A stretch of 64,000 nt of DNA from an uncultured Verrucomicrobiae bacterium. GTDB lineage: Bacteria; Verrucomicrobiota; Verrucomicrobiia; Chthoniobacterales; UBA10450. Numbering within the stretch: the stretch's first letter is position 1; every line of letters starts with the position of its first letter. Below are positions 52,876-62,590 of this stretch, one piece after another. The notes below the pieces were generated by a model, which did not search any database, was not told the DNA's origin, and saw nothing but the letters and a program-made list of their open reading frames with translations. The position numbers and the translations under genes were made by a program. The stretch is from contig CAWKJF010000001.1 of the NCBI GenBank assembly GCA_963850015.1, positions 456,391 to 520,390 on the forward strand, written 5' to 3'.

Positions 52876-55296
52876 TTATTCATACCGAAGCGCTTCCATC
52901 GGATCTAAACGCATGGCCGCGCGCGCGGGCAAATAACAGGCCGCCAAGCCCACGACGAACAGAATCAACGGCACCAGCGCAAAGCTTGGAGGGTCGTGCG
53001 CGGAAATTCCATGCAGACTTCCAGCCAGTAACTTGGCCAGGAAATAAGCGCTGACGAATCCGATCACGAGGCCGAGCAAGATGAGCCGGAAACCCTGCCC
53101 GGTTACTAGCCGTAAGACATCGCCCGTTTGCGCGCCCAGAGCCATTCGCACTCCAATTTCCTGGGTGCGCTGGCGGACCGAATAAGCCATCACGCCATAG
53201 AGTCCGAGCGAGGCGAGGAAAAGCGCCAGGCCGGCGAAGATGGTGAAGAGCGTCCCGAAAAATTTTCGGTCCCAGAACGATTGCGCCAGCACTTCCTCCA
53301 TGGTGAAAATGCGATAGATCGGCAGGTCTTTGTTCACCGACAAGACCGTCGTGCGCGCGAGGTTGGCAAACTTGGCGGGATCGGTCTTGGTGCGAACCAT
53401 GACGGAAAGGAAACGGTCCGAGATTTGATCCTGCGCGAAATAAACCACCGGCATCGGACGCCGCTTGGTCAATCGCTCGTAAACAACCGGCCGGACGATT
53501 CCCACAATCGTCACCCACCTGGGTGGTTCGCCGGGTCTGTCGAGCGTGCGCAACTGCCGACCAATCGGATCTTCATTCGGAAACCAGGCGCGGGCGCCGT
53601 CTTCATCGATCAAGGCGACCCGAGGCGCGTCCTTGTTGTCGGCCGGCGTGAAATCCCGGCCTCGCAACAGGGGAATGCGCGCCGTCTGGAGATACCCTGG
53701 GGTGATAGTCATCTGGCGCAACTTGCGGGCATCCTGGAGCTGTTTCGGCTCCGGTTCGCCTTCGAGCATGAAAGCGGTGCTGCCGATGTTCCCCGACGCC
53801 GGCAAAGAAGTGGTCGCGCCGGCTGATTCCACGCCAGGGAGACTGGCCAGCTTCGGAATGAGCTGCTCAAAGAATTGCGCGGCCGACTCCTTGGCCGGAA
53901 ATTGCGCCTCAGGCAATCCCACCCGGAAGGTCAAAGTTTGAGACGGATCAATCCCGATGTCCGTCTTTTGCAAATTCATGAAGCTGCGCATCATGAGTCC
54001 CGCGCCGATCAACAAAACCAGACGCAAGCGCCACTTCCGCGACGACGAGCGAGTTGCGCACGCGCTGGCCTTTCGCGCCGCCGCCGCCGGTGCGTCCGCC
54101 TTCCTTAAGCACGTCGACCAGATGAGGATGCGAGGCCTGAAGCGCCGGCAACAAGCCAAAGAGAACACTCGAAACTGCTCCTATGCCGAGCGCAAAGGAG
54201 AAAACCCTCCAGTCGAAATCGAAGTGAATCCAGTAGGGCACGTCATTCGGCAGCGCCGCTACCATGAGGTCCACGCCCCAGACGGCAAAGAGCAACCCAA
54301 GCGCGCTGCCCACCATGCCGAGCACCAGGCTTTCGGCCAGAAGTTGCCGGATGATCTGCCGCCGGCTCGCGCCCTAACGCGAGGCGAATCCCGATTTCCT
54401 TGGCTCGGGTGGCACCGCGCGCCAAAAGGAGATTCGCGACGTTGGCGCAGGCGATCAGATGCACAAAAAGCACCGCGCCCATGACTAGCAGCGTGAGCGT
54501 CTTAACGTTCCGGACCATCTCCTCCCGAAACGGCGTTCACGTGCACGCTTACGCCGGTGTTTGTCTCCGGATGTTGCACCGCAATCCGTGCTGTGATCGC
54601 CTCGAGTTCGGCGCGGGCCTGCTCGATCGAAACGCCCTTCTTCATCTTGCCGATGCAATCGAGGAAGAAATTGCCGCGCGGATTATCTTTCTCATTCATC
54701 TGGAGCGGCATCCAGATGTCGCAAGTTTCGGGGAAGCGCCAGCCCTTGGGCATTACCCCCACGATCGTCACCTGTTTGCCGTTGATCGGAATCGTCTTCC
54801 CGACAACGGCGCGATCAGCGCCGAAATGATTTTGCCAGATGTCGTAGCCGATCAGAGCGACCGGCGCTGCGTTGAGCTGGTCTTCTTCTGGGCGAAAAAG
54901 CCGGCCGAGGATCGGTTGCACGCCGAGAAAGGAAAACGCATCGGCTGAGATTTGACCGCCGAGATAACGCTCCGGCTTGTCCCCACCCGAGATGATGAAG
55001 GTCGCTTCCTGGATCGTCGCGATCCCTTCCAGCGTGGTTACGCTCTTCTTCCATTCGAGATAATCCGGGAAGGCGGTGCCGGCATTCTGGTCGGCGTTCT
55101 TCAGAAAGTATTCCGAGACGGCGACGAGACGATCCTGGTCCTGGATCAGGGGCATCGGCCGCAGGAGGAGCGCGTTGATGCACGAGAACATCGTCGTCGA
55201 CGCGCCGATCCCGAGCGCAACGGCCAGGACGGAAATGATAGTAAACCCAGGGGTCTTTACGAGCATCCGACAGGCATATCTAAGATCTCGTAACAT
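52876..55296 (-). pseudogene. Double-FtsX (MacB/ADOP-type) ABC transporter permease, copy 7 of 7, three frame breaks
   Basis: The fragments are 54502..55296 (MLRDLRYACRMLVKTPGFTIISVLAVALGIGASTTMFSCINALLLRPMP), 54243..54518 ([30 protein letters not shown]), 53948..54325 and 52876..54168 ([24 protein letters not shown]...PARAAMRLDPMEALRYE). The breaks are near 54510, 54330 and 54040. Confidence 0.88.
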
Positions 55297-55349
55297 AGGA
55301 CCCCTGGCTTGCGTTTACATGTCTAGAAAATGGCTGACCGTTTTAATCG

Positions 55350-56093
55350 TTAGGCGGCCATCCGGTCTTCGACTACGCGGCCGTCGAAGAGATGGATGGT
55401 GCGATCGGCATGTTCGGCAAAACGGGTGTCGTGCGTCACCATGCAAATCGTCGCGCCGCCGGCGTGCAACTCCTTCAACAGAGCCATGACGGCGTCGCCA
55501 TTGCGTGAGTCAAGGTTGCCCGTCGGTTCGTCCGCCAGGAGGATGGCCGGTTTGCCGGCGAGAGCGCGCGCCACGGCGACACGCTGTTGCTGGCCGCCCG
55601 AGAGCTGGCTGGGTAAATGCTTGGCGCGATGGCCCATGCCGACGCGCTCGAGCGCCTCGAGCACGAAAACTTTCCGCTCGCTCGCGCCCATGCCGCGATA
55701 GGTCAGAGGCAGCTCCACATTTTCAAACACGGTCAGATCGCCGATGAGATTGAAGCTCTGGAAAATGAACCCGATTTCCCGATTGCGAATGCGCGCCCGA
55801 TCTGGAAACGAGAGGTTCGCCACCTCGGTGCCCTTCAGCGAATAACTGCCGCCCGACGGGGTGTCGAGCAGACCGAGAATCGAGAGCAGGGTGGATTTGC
55901 CGCAACCCGATGGTCCAGCGATCGAGACGTATTCGCCCGTGCGGATATCCAGATGAATGCCGGAGAGTGCATGCGTTTCCACCTCGTCGGTCAGGAACAC
56001 TTTCGTGACGCCGTCGAGATGAATGAGTGTGTTAGCTCCGTTCGCGCCGGGAGCGCGAGCAGGTTGTTCGTTGATGGTTTCGGTTGAGGCCAT
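55350..56093 (-). CDS. ABC transporter ATP-binding protein (MacB/LolD-type), copy 1
   Basis: The ORF is intact, with Walker A (GPSGCGKSTLL), signature (LSGGQQQRVAVARA), Walker B (ILLADEPTG) and VTHD. An N-terminal extension of about 25 aa precedes the ABC domain. Confidence 0.92.
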   Translation of the reverse strand: MASTETINEQPARAPGANGANTLIHLDGVTKVFLTDEVETHALSGIHLDIRTGEYVSIAGPSGCGKSTLLSILGLLDTPSGGSYSLKGTEVANLSFPDRARIRNREIGFIFQSFNLIGDLTVFENVELPLTYRGMGASERKVFVLEALERVGMGHRAKHLPSQLSGGQQQRVAVARALAGKPAILLADEPTGNLDSRNGDAVMALLKELHAGGATICMVTHDTRFAEHADRTIHLFDGRVVEDRMAA

Positions 56094-56128
56094 GATGGTT
56101 GGATTAGGGTCTTGTTTTTAGTTATCTG

Positions 56129-57459
56129 CTAGTTAAGGCGGATGCGTTCGTGAGCGTCCATTGAACTGGTATCGGAAAGGATGACTTGGTCGCCGGGTTC
56201 GAGACCGCTCAGGATCTCGATCGTGTTGACCGAGCTGCGGCCGAGCTTCACCGGCGTCCGGACCGCTTCCGAACTGCCTGCGACCAATTTGAAAATGCCG
56301 ACGGTGTTGTTCTCCTGGCCAAAGGCCGGGCGGCCGACGTAGATCACATTATCTAAACGTTCCAGCTCGATGGTTCCGTCTACGCTTAAGATCGGGCCGG
56401 GCGCCTTTCGGCAGGTCGCCGTCGATGGCCACGTCCACCGTCACGGTCCCCTGCTCCACCGCGGGATCGACGCGAATGACATGACCGGCCACAATGCCGT
56501 TCCGCGTGTCGATCGAGGCGACCTGGGCGTTCATAATATCTTTCGCCTGCGTTTCCGCGATCTTGACCTGCGCCTTGAGCTTGGTCGGATCGGCCACGCG
56601 CGCCAGGTTATCTCCGGGTTTGACGCGTTGCCCGATTTGCACCGGCAACTGCTGCAGGACCCCGTCCATGCCGGCTTTCACATGCAGCTGCTCGACTTGA
56701 TCCACTTTTAGTTTCGCGAATTCCTTCGCTTGATCGACCGCGGCTTGCTTCGAGGCGATCTGCGGCTCAATCGAGTCGCGGGAAAATGCGAGGCGCTTGT
56801 TTTCGATCTCGTCCCGGTTGGCGAGCTCCGCCTCTTTTACCTTCGATGTCTTGTAAACCAATTCGGAAACCAGGCCGTTCTTGGCCAATTGATCGTTGGT
56901 CTGCCGCTCCATCTTGGCCTGTTCGTACTCGGAATGAACCCGCGCCGTAATCGATTCCTGGTCGAGCAACTCGCGCTGAAGCGTCGCGCGCAAGGTGGTC
57001 AGCTCCGCTTCCGCCGCCTTCGCTTTCGATTCCGCGTCGCCAGCCGTTTGTTCGAGCTCCGGGCTGGTCAACTCCAGAATAACCGTGTCGGGTCTGCACC
57101 GGTGTGCCGGGCCAAACCACGATTTTTTCGACGCGTCCTTCGGTGTTCGCAGCAATCCAGCGGATATCCACCGGAACCAGCGTCCCCAGGCCGCGGACCT
57201 GGCGCACCATCGGGCCGCGCTTGACCGTATCGATCCAAACCGTCGAGCGATCCACGCTCGGCACGGCCGGTTTGAGCCGCGAAAGCAGGAACGTCACGAG
57301 AATCAGTCCGAGGATCGAGCCGGCGATGATGATGATCCGGCGCTTGCGTTTTTGTTTGGCGACGTGTGGGCGCGGGACATCCATGGCAGAGGCAGTTGAG
57401 GTGAAGCCGCTCGGCCGCACAATAGTAGTATCCATTTTTGCTTCCGAGCTTTTTGACAT
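56129..57459 (-). pseudogene. HlyD/MacA-type periplasmic adaptor (membrane fusion protein), two frame breaks
   Basis: The N-terminal TM anchor is RRIIIIAGSILGLILVTFLL. Then come the lipoyl/barrel segments (GLGTLVPVDIRWIAANTEGRVEKIVVWPGTPVQ), a long coiled coil (ELEQTAGDAESKAKAAEAELTTLRATLQREL...) and the C-terminal beta domains (GIVAGHVIRVDPAVEQGTVTVDVAIDG...VIYVGRPAFGQENNTVGIFKL). The pieces are ORFs 56767..57459, 56349..57155 and 56129..56347. The start may instead be the ATG at 57435. Confidence 0.85.
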
Positions 57460-57573
57460 TGGGGTGAGATGGTTAGAGCGACTCCGAACGATCGGACCAG
57501 ATGGAGGATCGCGCCGACACTGGCCATGATCGGCACAGCGGCTGTCATCACGATCACGGTGAACAAGGCGACT

Positions 57574-57789
57574 TCACGCGCAAAAGTGGTGAGGCGCTTC
57601 GTACTTGAAGTAATCCTGGCTGATCGAACGAAATGAAGGCTGGCGGGAACCGAAGCAGCGACCGCCGCCATTCGCGAGCGACGAAGCCTGAAAGCTGTAA
57701 TCGGTCTTGGGAAGGGCGGAGCCTTCGCGAAAGTCGCGATCGCAAAGATCGCGGCGGCTCTTTTCGTTGAACTGGATGGTTGGTTTCAT
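57574..57789 (-). CDS. Small ORF (71 aa as sequenced) directly behind the sigma-54 promoter; possibly the N-terminal part of a ~100-aa tail-anchored membrane protein
   Basis: The ATG at 57789 is preceded by AGGAAAG with an 8-nt spacer. The product is MKPTIQFNEKSRRDLCDRDFREGSALPKTDYSFQASSLANGGGRCFGSRQPSFRSISQDYFKYEAPHHFCA. Just after the TTTT run at the stop, another frame encodes a GC3-rich hydrophobic helix (EVALFTVIVMTAAVPIMASVGAILHLV). I do not recognise a family. Confidence 0.4.
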   Translation of the reverse strand: MKPTIQFNEKSRRDLCDRDFREGSALPKTDYSFQASSLANGGGRCFGSRQPSFRSISQDYFKYEAPHHFCA

Positions 57790-57863
57790 ATTCTTATCTT
57801 TCCTGTGAGATGCACTTCGCAGTCTCAATCGGATTCAAAATCTTTGTTGGCGGGCGAAGCTAT

Positions 57864-57879
57864 TGCAATGGCCGTGCCA
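57864..57879 (-). promoter_or_regulatory. Sigma-54 (RpoN) -24/-12 promoter
   Basis: The minus strand reads TGGCAC-GGCCA-TTGCA, a full match to the consensus TGGCAC-N5-TTGC(A/T). It lies 75 nt upstream of the ATG at 57789 and immediately downstream of a sigma-54-dependent activator and kinase pair. Confidence 0.8.
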
Positions 57880-57910
57880 CGGGTCTAAACAAAGTTATAA
57901 AACTCTGTTA

Positions 57911-57926
57911 ATGTAATGCCTTACAT
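57911..57926. promoter_or_regulatory. Candidate enhancer-binding-protein site (perfect palindrome)
   Basis: ATGTAA-TGCC-TTACAT is a perfect 6-4-6 inverted repeat, 32 nt upstream of the -24 element. The assignment rests on position only. Confidence 0.3.
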
Positions 57927-58020
57927 CGTTGCCTCAAAATCCGATGCGCTGGAAAAGCTTCGGTAGTGGGATTCCACTCGTCCCGATTGTGGGACGACCG
58001 CTGCGCCGAAATTCCAAGTC

Positions 58021-58120
58021 CCAAATCCCAGGCTCCAAAAGAAGCGCCAAGCGTCAAAACTCAACCAAGCATTATCGCAAACCGGTGATATTCGGGGCCT
58101 GGGAGTTCCCTGGGATTTGG
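58021..58120. repeat. 12-bp perfect inverted repeat pair flanking 76 nt, just downstream of the kinase stop
   Basis: CCAAATCCCAGG (58021-58032) pairs with CCTGGGATTTGG (58109-58120). The flanks carry further TCCCAAA/TTTGGGA-type motifs. Confidence 0.7.
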
Positions 58121-58140
58121 CAACTTCGGGCTTTGGGATT

Positions 58141-59478
58141 CTACTTCGGCAGCCGCAAGAGCGCTTCGCAGCCCGGCCCGCTCGCGATTCGCCAGAGTCA
58201 ACGATCCGCCATGCGCTTCCGCGATCTGCCGGCTGAGCGCCAGGCCAATCCCCGACCCACCCGGCTTGGTCGTGAAAAACGGCACGAACAAATTCGTCGG
58301 GTTCATGATGCCGGGTCCGGTGTCGCGCACAAACACCTCGACGCACTCGGCCAAATCGCGCCAGCCCGTCGTCACAGTTCCCGCCGTTTCGAGGGAGGCT
58401 TCCGCCGCGTTGTGCAGAATGTTGATGAGCAATTGTTCCAGTTGCGCGGCGTCCGCCTGAGTGATCATTTCCGGTCCCGGAACGACGCGCACTGGAATCC
58501 GCGTCTCCAAACTCGCCACCCGCCTAACGAGTTCACCGAGATCGACCGCTTCCTTTTGCGGAGGAGGCAGGCGCGCCAGCCGTGCGTAGGCCTGCATGAA
58601 ACGGCTGAGCGATTCCGCGCGCGTCGCGATGATGTTCAATCCGCTGCGGGCATCATCGCGCCAATCCGCCGGCGGCGGATCGCGCCGGATCAATGTTTCC
58701 AAACTGCCGGCAATCGATTTGATCGGCGCGAGCGAGTTATTCATCTCATGGCCGATCACACGCACGAGGCGCTGCCAGGCGTTGCGCTCTTCCTCGCGGA
58801 GCGTGCGGCTCAGGTCCGTCAGCACCAGCAACTCGTGCGGCAGACCGCGTTCGCGGAAATGAACTTCGGCGCACGCCCCATCTTCCGGAGCCGCCCGGGA
58901 ACGTGAGCGTCAGCGGCGCGTCCTCGTTCGCGTCCAGGCAGACGTCCAGCCCAATATCTCGCGCGCGTCGGCCGAGCAGTTTGTCCATCGGTTGCCCGAG
59001 CAGGTCTTCGCCCGCGCGGTTGACCAGGCGCAAGCGGCGGTCCGGATCGAAGGTGAAAACCGCCACATCGATTTCCGCCATGATCGTCCGGAGGAGCGCC
59101 GTGGCCTCGAACGCGCCGAGCCGTTGCAAACCGGAGCGTTTCGCCCAGCGCATTGATTTCCAGCATCGCTTCGCCGAGGGCGTCGTCCGGCACGGGCGCC
59201 GCGGGCGCGAATCGAATAATCGCCTTCGCGCAACGCGGCGAGCAGGTTCGTCATCGTTTGCAGCGGGCGGATAACGTGTTCGCGCGCGCTCAGGATGAAG
59301 CCGAGCGCAGCAGCCGGCAATCACAAGCGTCAAAGTCCACTGAACTTTTGCGGTGTGATCGCCAAACCAAAGCAGGGCCAGCGCGATCGACGAACGCCGG
59401 CGCCGCGGCGCAAAGCGTCAGCCAGGTCAGACGGCCTTCGTGCGTAATCCGCTGCCGCAGCTTCTTGATCGCCTTCAT
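58141..59478 (-). pseudogene. HAMP/PAS sensor histidine kinase (NtrB/AtoS-like), at least four frame breaks
   Basis: The N-terminal TM region and HAMP (LLAALREGDYSIRARGA...LGEAMLEINALGETLR), a PAS domain (IMAEIDVAVFTFDPDRRLRLVNRAGEDLLGQ), HisKA (VIGHEMNNSLAPIKS) and HATPase (ILHNAAEA...VRDTGPGI...FVPFFTTKPGGSGIGLALSRQIAEAHGG) are present. The true tail SGPGCEALLRLPK ends at 58141-58143, after a break near 58190. Confidence 0.85.
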
Positions 59479-59565
59479 GGTGGACCGAGCGCTGCGCTCG
59501 ATCTAGTGGCGCGGCGTATCGCCGGCATCATCACCAGACCGCGGCCGGCGCGGCCGCCTCTACAC

Positions 59566-60912
59566 CTATAGCCCATACTGCTGGAGCCGGCGATAAAACG
59601 CGCTCCGGCTCAGCCCCAATGCTTCCGCCGCTTTGCGCGCGTTTCCATCGAAGCGCGACAGCGCCTTCTTGATCAGGAAAGATTCCACTTCCTCCAGGCT
59701 CATGTCTTCCAGCCGCGGCGAATCCTGTGTTCCACTCGTTAGGCCAAGATCGTTCGCCTTGACCTGCTGGCCTTGCGTCATCAGGACCGCCCGCTCCACC
59801 ACGTGATCCAGCTCGCGAACATTCCCGGGATACGGTGCTGCATCAGAATGTCGCGCGCCGCTTCCTCGAATCCGGTCAATGTCTTGCGATATCGTTTCGC
59901 ATGCTGGCGAAGAAAACTATTCGCCAGGAGCATGATGTCCTCGCGCCGTTCGCGCAGAGGCGGCAACGCGATCTCGATCGTGTTCAGCCGGAAAAGAAGG
60001 TCCTGCCGGAAACGGCCCGCGGCCACTTCCTCATGCGGGTTGGCGTTCGTCGCCGAAACGATCCGCACATTCGCGTGCAACGTTTTCGAAGAACCCACGC
60101 GTTCGAACTCGCCCGTCTCGATCATCCGCAGCAATTTCGCCTGCTGATTCATCGGCACGTTCGCGATCTCATCCATGAAGAGCGTGCTCTCGTCCGCCAG
60201 CTCGAACCGTCCCGCCCGGTCCGTCTTCGCATCCGTAAACGCGCCCTTCACATGGCCAAACAACTCACTCTCGAAAATTCCCTCCGAGAGCCCGCCCATG
60301 TTCACCGTGATCATGCTGTGCGACGCCCGCGGTGAGAGCGCGTGCAGAGCCTGCGCCACCAACCCTTTCCCGGTGCCGTTTTCGCCGGTGATCAGAACGT
60401 TCGCGTCCGACGGCGCGACGCGCGAGATCAACTCGAGCACCGGCCGCATCCGCGGCGATTCCGCGATGAGATTCGGCGCGTTGCCGCGCAATAATTGATT
60501 CGCCGCTTCCAGCCGGCGGCCTTTCCGCAACGCGCCCGCCAGCTCGATCTGCGTGCGCACAATCGCGAGAAGCCGGTCATTGTCCCACGGCTTCGGAATA
60601 AAATCGCGCGCGCCCGCGCTTCATCGCTTCCACCGCCAGATCAATCGTCGCCCACGCCGTCATGACCACGATCGGCAGCGTGTTGTCGAGCGCCTGAATC
60701 CGCGGAATCACCTCGAGCCCTTCCTGCCCCGACGTCGTGTCGCGCGTGTAATTCAGATCCATGATCAGCAGCGCGTAATCCTTTTTCTCGAGCGCCTGAA
60801 AAGCTCCCGCGAGCGACGTCACCGCATCCGTCTGATGCCCTTCCCCCTTGAGCAAAATGCGCAGCGCCTCCAGCACATCGTTCTGGTCGTCCGCGATCAG
60901 GATCCTGCTCAT
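59566..60912 (-). pseudogene. Sigma-54-dependent response regulator (NtrC family: REC + AAA+ + Fis-type HTH), two frame breaks
   Basis: The REC domain is ORF 60577..60912 (ILIADDQNDVLEAL...LLIMDLNY...VVMTAW). The AAA+ domain is ORF 59781..60560 (VLITGENGTGKGLVA, ESELFGHVKGAFTDA containing the GAFTGA-type loop, LFMDEI, RVGSSK). The HTH is ORF 59566..59802 (NARKAAEALGLSRSAFYRRLQQYGL). The breaks are near 60590 and 59800. Confidence 0.9.
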
Positions 60913-61051
60913 CAGTTAACTGATGAACCGCGTTTCACCCGCGCTGTCAATAAGCCAGCTTCGAAGCGACGCGGCCTTGCTGCTCAAAATTCGTTAGAAT
61001 ATTGCAGCTAGGCGACACCGAAACTGCGTTCAATTTCTTGATCTACTTTTC

Positions 61052-62590
61052 CTAAACCCAAAGGGTCCGATCGAAGGTGCGATATTGGATCGCTTCGCTC
61101 ACATGCTCCGTGGTGATCTCATCGCTCAATTGCAAGTCGGCGACAGTGCGGGAGACTTTCAGGATGCGGTCGTAGGCGCGGGCGCTGAGATTCAGTTCGG
61201 TCATTGCGACGCGGATTAGTTCCTGGGATTCGTCGGTGAGTTTGCAATGTTGCTTGATCTGGCGCGGACCCATTCGGGCGTTGCAGTTGATCTTCTTGTC
61301 GGATTGAAAACGCGCCTGTTGCCGCTCCCGTGCACGGCCAACGCGATCGCGAATCGGCGGCGGAGCTTTCTTCGGTGCGGGTGCTCGCGATATCGCGGTA
61401 TTCCACGGCGGGAACTTCGACGTGGAGATCGATGCGATCGAGCAGCGGGCCGGAGATTCGCTGGCGATAACGCTGGACCTGGACTGGACCGCAGCGGCAT
61501 TCGCGTTTCAAATCGCCGAAGTAACCGCACGGGACACGGATTCATCGCAGCCACGAGCATGAACTCGGAGGGGAAGGTGACGCTGCCGGCCGCGCGGGAG
61601 ACGGTAACTTTGCCGTCCTCGAGCGGTTGCCGCATGACTTCGAGCGTGGAGCGCTTGAACTCCGGCAGCTCGTCGAGAAAAAGGACGCCGTGATGGGCGA
61701 GACTCACTTCACCCGGCGCTGGAATGGCGGAGCCGCCAAGCAAACCGACGTCGGAAATGGTGTGGTGCGGTGAGCGGAACGGGCGCGTGGAGACGAAAGC
61801 CTGTTCGCCGCTGAGCATCCCGGAAATGCTGTGGATCTTCGTGCTCTCGATCGCTTCCTCGAGCGACATCGGCGGCATGATGGTGGCGATCCGTTTCGAG
61901 AGCATCGACTTCCCGGAGCCGGGCGGGCCGATCATGAGCAGGTTGTGCCCGCCCGCGACGGCGACTTCGATGGCGCGCTTCACGTGGCCCTGCCCTTTCA
62001 CGTCGCTGAAATCGACTTCGTAATCTTTGTGGCTCGCGAAAAAGGATGTGAGATCGCCGTGAGTCGGCGCGATCAGCGATTCGCCGCGGATGAACTCGAA
62101 AGTCTGCCGGAGATTCTGAACGCCATAGACGGTCGATTCCTTCCACCATGGCGGCTTCGTGAGCGTTCGCCGCCGGAACGAAGATCGCTTCTTTCCTTTG
62201 CCGACGCGCTTCGAGCGCCACCGGCAAGACCCCTTTCACCGGCCGCACCGCTCCATTCAAAGCCAGCTCCCCGACAAAGCTGAATTTCTCGAAAGTCGCG
62301 CCGTCCAGCTCTTCGCTGACCGCGATCATGCCGAGCGCGATGGGCAGATCAAAGCTCGGCCCTTCCTTTTTGATGTCGGCCGGCGCGAGATTGATGGTCG
62401 TGCGTCCGCGCGGCCAGAAATAGCCGCTGTTGCTGATGGCCGTGGTGACGCGATCACGGCTCTCTTTTACAGCGGCGTCGGGCAATCCGACAATGATGAT
62501 CTTTGGGTCGCCTCTCGCGCCGTTGACCTCGATTTCCACTTCATAGGCATCGACGCCATAAACCGCCGCGGAATAAATCTTTGCCAGCAT
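61052..62590 (-). pseudogene. comM: YifB/ComM family Mg-chelatase-like AAA+ ATPase, at least four frame breaks
   Basis: The N-terminal Lon-protease-like domain starts at the ATG at 62590 (MLAKIYSAAVYGVDAYEVEIEVN...TINLAPADIKKEGPSFDLPIALG). The AAA+ core is ORF 61216..62001 ([19 protein letters not shown]...[11 protein letters not shown]...VAAMNPCP). Then follow CRCG...[20 protein letters not shown] (61119..61511) and the C-terminal [15 protein letters not shown] (61052..61273). Confidence 0.9.

Noticed and set aside
57574-57789. Reading the small ORF as a classical double-glycine-leader bacteriocin precursor
   Set aside because: The leader lacks the usual LSxxELxxIxGG pattern. No C39-peptidase ABC exporter or modification enzyme is nearby. 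The adjacent GC3-rich hydrophobic frame suggests a frame error hiding a membrane anchor. It is retained only as the less likely alternative.
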